This document shows, one piece after another, positions 22,821-33,605 of a stretch of 47,562 bases of DNA (positions are counted from its first letter, which is position 1; every line of letters starts with the position of its first letter). This stretch comes from Octopus sinensis (lineage: Eukaryota). The DNA is taken from assembly GCF_006345805.1 (NCBI RefSeq), contig NW_021834496.1, positions 1-47,562 of the forward strand, read 5' to 3'. The position numbers were made by a program, and so were the translations under genes. The notes beneath the pieces are model-generated. The model was given only the letters and a program-made list of their open reading frames with translations. It was not told the origin of the DNA and did not search any database.

Positions 22821-22991
22821 AACTATCCGTCGCCGTCATCGATACCAAGATGGCCGTCGAAATCCTCATTCTTGTTTTCTTCACCATCGTCATTCCCACC
22901 ATGATCGGCAACGGCGACATCGACCTCTTCATTGCCATCAACAAATGGACACGAGGCTACAAATGTCATGAGAAATTCTCGCTTTAGTATA

Positions 22992-23051
<60 letters not shown>

Positions 23052-23269
23052 ATAATATATATATATATACATATATACACTATCACTTTAACTCTAAATA
23101 AAACGTCAAGATTCTCTGGCCTGTGGGAGAGGGAGAGAGAGAGGGCAGTAGCAGCGGCAGCAAGAGTACTTGTGGTGCAGGATCTCCAGTCGCACGGTTA
23201 GGGTTATATACGAAATCGAGGAGAATGTAACTATATCATTCGCATTGGACCACTGATCTCAACACGTTT

Positions 23270-23422
23270 GTTTTTTCATTCTCTCTCTATTTCTTTTTAT
23301 TGAAGAGCGTAGGCTCGAAACGTAAAATACTTTTCCCTTTTCCCCGAGCGTCAAACTAATACACTTGCTTGTTGTTCCTACATCTGTCTTCGTCTTTTGT
23401 TTTTCTATAAATTTGAACTATA
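23270..23422 (+). mobile_element. Penelope-like element terminal (pLTR) remnant with degenerate minimal hammerhead motif
   Basis: TTGAAGAG-CGTAGG-CTC-GAAACGTA at 23300-23324, followed by ..GAGCGTCAAACTAATACACTTGCTTGTTG..TTTGAACTATATA. The family assignment is from recall. Confidence 0.5.
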
Positions 23423-24591
23423 TATATGTGTGTGTGTGTGTGTGTGTGCATGTATGAATATATATATATATATGTATGAATATATATACATATAATATAA
23501 TATAATATAATATAATATAATATAATATAATATAATATGCGACAAATTAGTCAGTTGCCATAAAACTCAGAGTTTCCGGGATCTCGACAATTATTAAGAC
23601 AAACTAAAATGCTATGAAAATGACCGTTAAAATAAAGGAAAATTAGCCGAATTGGGAGAAAGTAAAAATAATCGAAGGTAAACCCATGCACATAGAATCC
23701 GTGAATGAGCACATGTACATACATACACATGCGCGCGAGCACGCACACCCATGTGCATGTGCATATATGCATATGCTCACTCACACTCGCGTGAGACACA
23801 TACATGCACACCCACACATACACCTATTTGTATACATATACATGCATCCATACAAAATTAGGTATATAGTATGCATATATATATGCGTATGTATATATAT
23901 ATGTGTGTGTGTGAGTATATATATATATGAACATTATGTACGTACGTAGGTATGTATGTATGAACGTATGCAATATGTATGTATACCTCAGTCAAGTCAA
24001 TGTCAGTGCTACTGGTAATATGTGATCCAGTACAACCTGACGCATGGTGGGGCCATTGGCGACTAAACTGGTACCTTTACCAGACCTGTTTAGAAAGGTG
24101 GGTGGTTTTGTGGACCACTTTGTTGAACAAAATCAAAATAGGGGGGAGATGAAGTCAGTAGAGTCAACAGCCATCTCATAGCGGGGTGAGGGGTAAGAGA
24201 TCCCTAGTCTTTATTTAGATGCCTCTCTAGATTAAAGAAAACACCGACTTCGTTTGCATCCAATGTTGTGGACAAGTTCTTCTTGGACGAATGCTTACGT
24301 CGTACAGAGAGTAGGATTAGTCCAGTTCGAGTCTTTTATTCACTGCAAAAAGCTTCAAGCGCAAAACATTGCTTAAGTTTTAAAATCCCTATTCACATCA
24401 CTGATATGTATTAGTAACTCCTACTTCAAGAGGTGGCCATTATTGTCACATCTCTACCAAGGAGCGTTATTAACTAGCAGACTGAAAAATCTTCATTTCG
24501 TAGTCCTCATATTTAAAAAACAAACTAGTGACATTTATATGAAATCAATTTGCAATCATCATATATGTTTCTGTCCACTTTTTCAGTTGTA

Positions 24592-24965
24592 ATTACCTCC
24601 GCCTTCGCTAAGGCAAAGGTATTGTTTTCAGTTGTGTTTGTTTGTTTGTTTGTTTGACCGTGGACAAAATATCTCAAGAACCTCTGGATGGATTCGGATG
24701 AAACTTTCAGGGATGTTTGGCCCCGTAACTGGCACGATCTGATTAGATTTTGGAATCGACCTGGTGCCAAACAAAGATTTTGGATTATTTTTCTTGTTCT
24801 TTTACTTAATTTTTGAGAGCGGTTGAGTTCATTTTTAGTATTCTTGTTTGTGAGAGCAGTCGAGTTTATTTCAGATATTCTCACTTTAAAAATCATCTCT
24901 GGGTAATCGTTGAGAGGATGTTGGTGTTATCTTGGAGGGGGTTTGCGCTCTCTAAGTGCCCTTGT
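24592..24965 (+). mobile_element. Non-autonomous Helentron-associated (HINE/DINE-like) element
   Basis: 5' TTACCTCCGCC hairpin, internal (TTTG)n, 3' GGAGGGGGTTTGCGCTCTCTAAGTGC stem-loop; homologous inverted copy at 27908-28248. Confidence 0.65.
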
Positions 24966-25336
24966 TGTTATTCATTTTTTTGTTCATAGTTTTGGTTTTG
25001 ATGTTTTTATGTTTATAATGTATTTTGTAAATATCATTCTTGTGTTTTGGACTTTAAAAGTATAAAAGACCAAATTATCGAGAAAAAACCTAAAACTACC
25101 TCACCAAGAAAACAAAGAAACAAAAGTGAGAGTAATTAAGCAGCAGAAGGTGTGGGGAGGGAAAACAGGTTTTAAACCACAGAACAAATGGTGTATTAAG
25201 CCGCACCTTGCGGACATAATTGCAGAGTCGTTGCCACAGAGGATGGCCAGTGACACTCGTGGCAGAAGCCAGTCCACCCCGCGGGGATGATTTTTGAAAC
25301 TGGCCGTATTTATTCTGATTTGGCGGAGGAGTTATA

Positions 25337-25916
25337 CAGTTATCACTCGACTATCATGATTATTACTTTCCCAAAAAAACTCCGTGAAATGAGAAAATCC
25401 ACGAAGTAGAAACAGTACTGTATAGTTTTCATATAATTTTTATAATTTGTATACGTTTAATTTTTTATTTTTATACTTCTAAGCTTTTATAAACATTCTC
25501 CACACTTTTAGGAGGACCCGTATCTTCTCTTTTTCGCCTCCTGTTTTTCGTTTTCCATTCACTATGTGCGATTCTTTGTTTATTCATCTACGGCACACTA
25601 CATATTTTTTATTATATTTTAATTAATGTGTTACATTTTAATGTATTTTGATTAATGTGTTGTACACTGCAGTACTGTACTGCATTTTTATTTATTAGTT
25701 TATTAATTTTTAGGCGTAAAAGTGCTTATTTTATCATAGAAATAATTAAAATCTAAGAAAATTATAAATACCCATCGGCCGCAGAAACCCGCGATATACT
25801 GAAAAGTCCACGATATACTAAAAGTCCGCGATATATATATTATATATATTAACCAGAACAAACAGCGATGTACTGAGGGCGAGATAGGTGAACCGCGATA
25901 TGGCGAGTGATTACTG
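25337..25916. mobile_element. Tigger/pogo-like non-autonomous DNA transposon (CAGT termini, TA TSD)
   Basis: TA|CAGTTATCACTCG at 25335 and CGAGTGATTACTG|TA at 25904-25918; subterminal CGCGATATAC repeats. Confidence 0.75.
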
Positions 25917-26153
25917 TAATTAAAAACATTTCCAGTTTTTCGCGAATATTTTTCCTAGTATTTTTTCTGTGGTAGCTTGGCATTGGGTTTTTTTTATATA
26001 TTTTTTTTATTTTAGTGGTTGGGAGAAATACTATTCAGGTATGTTGCTTATTTTTCTGCAAGATTTACTTCTTCTTCTTCTTCTTGTCATTAATGTTTGT
26101 TTTTGTTTATTCTACAGTTACATATATTTTGTTACAATATTGCTGTTTCTTGG

Positions 26154-26530
26154 AAGGCAGCGAGCTGGCAGAATCTTCAGCATCGTCCGTCTTTACGTTT
26201 TGAGGTCAAATTCCGCCAAGGTCGACTTTGCCTTTCATCCTTTCGGAGGTCAATAAATTAAGTACCAGCTGCGTACTAGAATCGATCTAATCAACTGGCT
26301 CCCTTCCCCAAAACTTCGGGCCTTGTGGTTAGAGTAGTAGGTGCAAGGCTGACAGAATCTTTAACATGCTGAACGGTATTTCGTCCGTCTTTACGTTATG
26401 AGATTACTTTGCCTTTCATCATTTCCGTGTCGATAAAATAAGTACCAGTTAAGCACTGGGGTTGATATTATCGATTAGCCCCATCCCTGCCTTCCTGAAA
26501 TTGCTGGCCTCGTGCCAAAATTTGAAACTA
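26154..26530 (+). mobile_element. Two tandem SINE family A copies
   Basis: AAGGCAGCGAGCTGGCAGAATC..GTCGACTTTGCCTTTCATCCTTTCGG..AAGTACCAG occurs twice, with different 3' tails. Confidence 0.88.
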
Positions 26531-26574
26531 CTTTTACTGTTTGTTGTTGTTGTTGCTGTACCTGCTACTTTCGC

Positions 26575-26877
26575 ATTTAACGTCTTGTTGTTTGTTCCTT
26601 CTCGTGCTATGCCTGGCTCATAAGGGCCGGTTTCCCGGTTTCCTTGGCGTATAGGTTCCCCACATGGACGGGACGCTAGTCCGTCGCAAGTGGGCTGCTA
26701 GATGCAGGAGGAAAGAGTGAGAGAAAGTTGTGACAAAAAAGTCACCAGAGTTTCACCATTACCTTCTGCCGGAGTCGCGTGGAGCTTACGTGTTTCGCTC
26801 CTAAACACAAATATCGCCCAGTGTGAGATTCGAACCCGCGATCCCGAGTCCGCTGCTCTAACCACTAGGCCATGTTC
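26575..26877 (-). mobile_element. tRNA-derived SINE family D
   Basis: Minus-strand head TGGCCTAGTGGTTAGAGCAGCGGAC..GCGGGTTCGAATCTC (A/B boxes) followed by ~230 nt of non-tRNA body. Confidence 0.7.
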
Positions 26878-26996
26878 ATCAACTATTTAATGTCTTACTC
26901 GTTGTAACTAATTGTTGTTGTTTTTTCTCGTTGTTAGCGTTGTGGTTATAAGTATTTGTATTCGAATAATCTTTTCTGAGCCCTGTCCTTCTTTGT

Positions 26997-27070
<74 letters not shown>

Positions 27071-27907
27071 CTTTCGCCCAGTTTTTTTTCCACCCGATTT
27101 TTTTTTACCAATATGTTTTCGTGTAGTTTCGACAATTATTTCGGTGGGGAGGAGGAGCAGGAGTAGAATGAGGAGGCGAGGTCTTTTTTGTTCCAAACAT
27201 AATTTTTGTTTTTTCCTTGTTTTCTATTTTAACATCCCCACCACAAACACCACCACCCATCTTGTTTCTAATTGTGTTCTATTTCCCAGCTAAAACCAGA
27301 GGTAACAATAGCTCCTTTCTACCACCATCCATCCATCCACTCACCACCTACCACCACCCTCGTTAAAATAACCCCCCCCCCCACACACACACACACACGC
27401 ACAAACTACCGTACCCCAAACTCCACCCTCAGAAAATCTAGCACGAGGCACGGGTAATTCCTTATTTCTTTTATTCTTAACTTTTTGCGTAACCTGCAAC
27501 AGTTGAAAACCAAAATCAAAAACAGGAGAAAAAGAAAAGAAGGAAAAATATAAAACAGATGCAAAAACTACACGTGACGTAATTGTACAAAATGGCCGTG
27601 TGCAGTGCCTTTTGTTTCTTTGATTTTGCGGTTCTTTCTAGTTTTTTCTTCTTATCATTGATAGGATTTCTGAGCTTTTTTTAATCCAGATTTTGATATG
27701 ACGGCAACAGTCACGTTTTCTTTAAAGACGTATCGTTTTTTCTGGCCATTAACTTCAACGAAACTAAAACATATGTAATTAACTTCACTGACTGATAAAA
27801 AAAAGAAATAATATTTAAAAAAATATTTCGAAAAGAAAATCTATTTAAAGCAAGAAAAGCAACAGGAATTATATAGAAAAAAATACGAAAAGAAATTATA
27901 AATATAA

Positions 27908-28248
27908 ACAAGAGCAGTCAGAGAGCGCAAACCTCCGGCAAGGCAACACCAACGTCCTCTAAACTATTAGCCGGAGATGATTTTTTAAATGCGAATATCT
28001 GAAATAAACTCGACTGCTCTCACAAACGAGAATGAATCTGACTGCTCTCAGAAATTAAGTTAAACAAACAGGGAAAATAATCCATAATCCTTGTCCGGTA
28101 CCGGATCGATCCCAAAATCTAATCAGTTCGTGCCAGTCACGAGGCCAAACATCCCTGAAAGTTTCATCCGAATACATCCAGCGGTTCTTGAGATATCTTG
28201 TCCATGGACAAACAAACACAACTGAAACAATACCTCCGCCTTTGCTAA
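27908..28248 (-). mobile_element. Helentron-associated element, inverted copy of 24592-24965
   Basis: The reverse complement shares GGCGGAGGTATTGTTT.CAGTTGTGTTTG..GGACAA.ATATCTCAAGAACC.CTGGATG.ATTCGGATGAAACTTTCAGGGATGTTTGGCC..GGAGGTTTGCGCTCTCT. Confidence 0.75.
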
Positions 28249-28440
28249 TAATAAATAGGTAAATGATATAAATAAAACACGTTAGATTTACGACTGTTGT
28301 ATATGTCTGTATCGCCTGTTTACGATCTGCTCATCACAAGCGATGCTATTAGTGCAGTCGTTGGCAGCCCAATGGGTTTTTAAGTAGTCGTAGTCTTTGA
28401 ATTTCTCTTTAGTCCTTTGTTTCGTTTTCTTTGTCTACAA

Positions 28441-28610
28441 AAGAGGCGCAGGCATGTTTGTGTGGCTAAGAGAGTCGCTTTCCAACCACGTGGCTGTTGG
28501 TTCAGTCCCAGTGCGGGGCACCTTGAGCAACCTATTACTTTTATAACCCTGATTTGACTAATGCTTTGTGAGTGAACTTGACAGATAGAAACTGTGAGGA
28601 AGCCCAGCAT
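28441..28610 (+). mobile_element. SINE family B 5' half (diverged)
   Basis: AGGCGCAGGCATG..TGTGGCTAAGA..GGTTCAGTCCCA.TGCG.GGCACCTTG.GCAA. Confidence 0.7.
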
Positions 28611-29273
28611 GTGTGTGTGTGTGTGTTTTACATGTTGGACGGTGTTTTACATGTTGGACGGTGTTAGCATTTAGTAGAAGTGGTCAACTCTGGTAGGACA
28701 GCCATGACTCTGGCCTAACTTATCAAATGTTTGAGAGAAATATCGTAGCCCTCGTCAACGCCAATCAACTGTGGTCACCTCTAGTCACTCTTTTCGGGGA
28801 AGCTAGTTCAACGTTTCACTAGAAATCTATAGAACTTGTAAATATGTGCCGTTTAAGTTATCAGAAATATTTGTTCATGGGTCATGAGTTCAAATCCAGG
28901 CAAATTTCGTTTCGATACTGGCACAAGGATTAATATCTTAAATTGATTTAATTTTGTCAGCTATCAATATTATCTTGTACAATATCCAAAGCAGTAGCTA
29001 TTTCGCAACTGCTTAACAACAGATCTTAAAAACATGTCTTTACGATCCACAAGAACCAAACTTTAAATCAGCCCTTTACCACAAATAAGGACCAGACCTT
29101 AAAAACTGCAATTCCACTCAGCTCTTTTATTTTTTTAATTCTAGTGAACATCATCTTGGTGGGTTGTTTCTGAGAACTTGGTAGCCTTTGACTAGTGTGA
29201 AAGATGAGATCTCCATTTTAAGAAACACTTCTGAATACAAACTCGTGCGCATACGCACGCACAAATATATTTC

Positions 29274-29315
<42 letters not shown>

Positions 29316-30739
29316 TGTGTGCGTGCGTGTGTGTGTGTACAAATATATTTAAACACACATATATTTACATATACATATGTATGTATGTTGTATGCATGCA
29401 TGCATGTATAAACGTATTTATGTTTGTATGTATGCATGCATGTGTGCATGTATGCATGTGTGTATGTATGCATGTATGCATATATGTACTATGTATGTAT
29501 GTATTTTTTATGTATGCATGTATATATGGATATATATATATGGACTCTTCCGTTGAAGAATGCGTTAGAACTTGTATGATCAAGAAGATAAATATAGAAA
29601 TTTGCTTTCAAAATAGAAATGGTTTTAAACAAGAAAACGGAATTGCTGGCACCTCGTTTTCACGAAAGTAAACATCTTTGGGGTAATTACGAACCTCTTT
29701 AATTTTCGATCTGGTTCAGCGACAAAACCCCATTTATTTCGAAATGGCAGTTCTCTTTACATTAGTGTTTCCAAAAAAAATTGTCTAAACAGCGAAGGAA
29801 AATTCCTCAGAAAATAATTGTCTGCATACGACCTTCTAGAGTCAGGTGGGATTGTTGTATGTGTAAACATTAATAAGAAGTGTGAAGATGTTTCGTGTAT
29901 ATTGTAAAATCGTAAGGGTCAGAAATGTAACAAAAAACCTTAATCTCGAGACAGCCATTTTTACAAAATATTGCTCACGTGATAATTGTAAAAATATAGC
30001 CGAATGCGTTATCTTTTTTGTGTGTGTGAATTGATTTAATATTTGTCAAATATATTCTAAAATCCGATGATTTCAGAGTCACAGGCTCAGATTGTAGTTA
30101 TGTACAGAGAATACCTACACACAAAACTCAGATAAAAGGATAAGACTCCTTTCTGAATCATATAGATTCATAGACACGTTTTCCCGGCTTCTGTGGCATA
30201 TATATCCGCCTCACTCATTTTGGCCAGCTGAGTGGACTGAAGTAACGTGAAATAAAGTGTTTTCATCAACAATACAATACATTGCTTGATCGCGGAATAG
30301 AACCTACAATCTTAGTTCAACACCCTAACCAATAAGCTATGTACATCCACCATTAAACTCGGAATACAGATGTTTTTTAGAACTCATTAAAATTTATTGA
30401 AAGCGTCGGCATGGTTTATGGTTAACAAATCGCAACTTCGATAAGTGCCTCGTGATAATGGTTTCAAGATTTTACTAGCTTAATCTCCAACACTATAAAA
30501 TAAAAATTCTACGTTGCGTTATGGATTATAAGAGGTCAAATTATTAATATAAGAAAATGGAGGGTTAAAGACTTGCAGTTAATCTATTTGCATCATACTT
30601 TGTTTTTAAGATATAAATACTAATAATATTTTTTTTAAAAAGCAATAAAAGACTCAAAAACCTACATAATTTTCGAGTCTGGCCCTTCGTAATGCATAAG
30701 TCATAGCTCTCCAATTTTCTTACATTATGAATTTTACCT

Positions 30740-31700
30740 AACCGCCGGGGTCTGGGTGGCAGCGGAGCCAAGCTCTTGAATGTTAAAATTCTGCCTACGG
30801 CTGATTGGGTGGGGTCAAAAGCAGTTTTGACCCTGTAGACCCAATCAGCTGATCTGGTTTTTCCAGATTTTTTTAGGATGACCGAGTTCAGGTATCCAGT
30901 GATTCTTGAGGGAGACCCCCACCCCCAAGTGTCATCAGTGTCTGGAGCCTGGCCACATTAAAAAGAACTGTCCCCAGGACCAGATCACTTCCTGGAGAAG
31001 TGAGTTGTGGAAGAGACCCTCCTCCTCCTCCTCCGGAAGGAGAGATGGAGGTATGGGGTGGAGGGAGTGACCTCCCCCAGAAAAAAGGGAGGAATATTAA
31101 GAAGGGGAGCAACAATGGTTGCTCTCCGAGGGATCCCAAGATTGTGGGAGGAACCTACGGTCATGGCGAAGGAGCCAACCCCTCCCGCATCAAAGGTAAA
31201 AAAAGAAAAAGAAAAAGAATAGGACAGTGCTGGCGGAGTGCAATGTACTGCCGGCATGTGCCGAGACCTTGTCGGTGGGAATTGTGCTACCAACAGAGGA
31301 AGCTGTGGCCCCTCCCAGTGAAAGTGAAGACTATGTGGTATTCTATCTTAAGGGAGGGGTTGTAGACAACTTTGTAGAGAGTTGTCTTGAAGGCCAGGAC
31401 CTGGTAGACCCGACCTGTATTAATAGTCAGCATTAGCCCCCGCAGGTGGCTGCGCTGGGTGTCAAAGAAGAGATTTCTTTCGAATAACAGTCTTTTCGAA
31501 GGAAAATTATAATTATCTCTTTTGGGGCCCCGACTTGCTGCTGCGGGATTGCCTGCAGGCGACGAGAAAATTGACAGGGTATGGTTGAAGAGACTTGGTG
31601 TCTCAGTCTGTATAAGAGGTTCATTACCCCATTTTTGTGGGTTTTTTTGTAAAACGACAAATTGTAATAGAACAATTCTAAAAACTAAAATAAGAGGTTT
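30740..31700 (+). mobile_element. Degenerate gag-like ORF1 remnant (CCHC knuckle) of a non-LTR retrotransposon, probably L1/Tx1-like; no ORF2 seen
   Basis: GC-rich island. RYPVILEG..KCHQCLEPGHIKKNCP (C-x2-C-x4-H-x4-C at 30930-30971) followed by a Pro/Lys/Glu-rich low-complexity region; frameshifts and stops. Confidence 0.6.
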
Positions 31701-31876
31701 AATATCTCGTTTTGTTTTTTATGTATTTAAAAAATAATAATAATGTTTTAGAGAAGCAAAAAAGCGGCGGGTGTTTTCTTGTCTTCTCCCATCAATATCA
31801 TCCTTTTTTATCATTCATCTTATTAATATCCAGCTCGCAAGCTACTCTGTGTCATGCCTTTATGGCAAAATTTTGA

Positions 31877-32030
31877 AATAAAGTATCTTGCTTACCAGCC
31901 ACATGGTTCCGAGTTCAGTCCCACTGTGTGGCACCTTCAGCAAGTGTCTTCTACTATAGCCTCGGGTTGACCAAAACTGAGTGAGTGGGTTTGGTAGACG
32001 GAAATTGACAGAAGCCCGTCGTATATATGT

Positions 32031-32078
<48 letters not shown>

Positions 32079-32293
32079 GTGTCTGTGTGTGTTTGCGTGT
32101 CTGTGTTTGTCCCCCAACATCGCTTGACATCCGATGCTGGTGTGCTTACGTCCCCGTAACCTAGCGGTTGGGCAAATAGAGACCGATAGAACAAGTACTA
32201 GGCTTACAAAGAATAAATCCTGTGGTCGATTTTCTCGACTAAAAGGTGGTGCTCCAGCATGGCCGCAGTCAAATGAATGAAACAAGTAAAAGA
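31877..32293 (+). mobile_element. SINE family B copy with internal (GT)n and LINE-like 3' tail
   Basis: Collinear with the reverse complement of 8598-9031; tail GGTGGTGCTCCAGCATGGCCGCAGTCAAATGAATGAAACAAGTAAAAG. Confidence 0.88.
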
Positions 32294-33519
32294 ATATGTG
32301 TGTGTGTGTGTGCGTGTATGTGTGTGTATATGTATGTATATACTGTATGTGTGTACAACATGCTTCATCACAGTTTTCCTCCTCAAAATTCACTCGCAAA
32401 GCAGTGGTCGATCTGGATCTCTTGTAGAAGACGCCATCCGAAGTTGCGGCAGAATGGAAGTGAAACGGAAACCACATGGCTGCAAATCTAACTTCTTGGT
32501 TTGTTTTTTGTGGGGTGTTTTTTTTTTCTTAATGTTTTCGGTAATTTTTGTTTCGATTATTTTTCTTTTTTCTTTTCGCTTATTTTTTCCCTATGTTTTT
32601 GCATTTTGTCCTCATTTGTTTGTTTATCCTCTCTCCTGCTGTCACCACCACCACCACCACCACAACCACCACCATTACCACCTCCACACATGCAATCAGA
32701 CGTTGAATACAGCCAACCATAAGATATTAATCTAAAACTTCAGACAGTATAATTTTTAATTGTGTCTGAAATAATTAGTTCTTAATTAGCTATGAAGCCA
32801 TTATAGCCACCATCACTATTGGAACACATCACTGCACAGCGCTGTCGTCCTCACCCCTCAACACACACACACACACCACACACACACACACACATGCACA
32901 CACACACACACATGCTCACACACACGCACACACACATGCTCAAACATATACACGGCCACACACAATAAAAAACATATCAACAGCATCGAGGACACATCTA
33001 TCATATCGCATCACTAACAATCATTCGACCTATGTGAACATTAGCCATCTGTAAATATTAACACGCTACCTAGCTCTAACACAGACGTCATCATCAGCAA
33101 ACGAGATATCTTCGACATGGCCGTTCAAATAGCTAGATATAGCAACCAGATCTTTAATTTATACGCTGCCATGTTAGAAATTATTTTAGCTTTGTATTTT
33201 AGCTTTGGAGGGTCATCATGCCAATAGTAAACACACGCACTGGTTGTGTTTCACTTCTTACATTAATATTATAATACATTGGCTTTGTATTAATTTATAC
33301 AAGCCGCACCCAAATCTGAACCAGAGATGTCAAGGGACCAGTCTTCGAATCTAAAGATTTTAACATTTGAACTGCCATGCGATTGAAAACACTGCAGATA
33401 CAATATGCATGAAAAGAAATTTACATATAATGTGTGACATACCCATAAGTGAGATCAACTTTTCATACCCGTTTTTGTATTGTTCCCCTCATCCTTCACC
33501 CTGCTGGCAAATGAAAGAA

Positions 33520-33567
<48 letters not shown>

Positions 33568-33573
33568 TATTTA

Positions 33574-33605
<32 letters not shown>

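Noticed and set aside
23960-24330. GC-balanced stretch that might be a LINE 5' UTR or an exon
   Set aside because: No motif, frame or boundary I can support.
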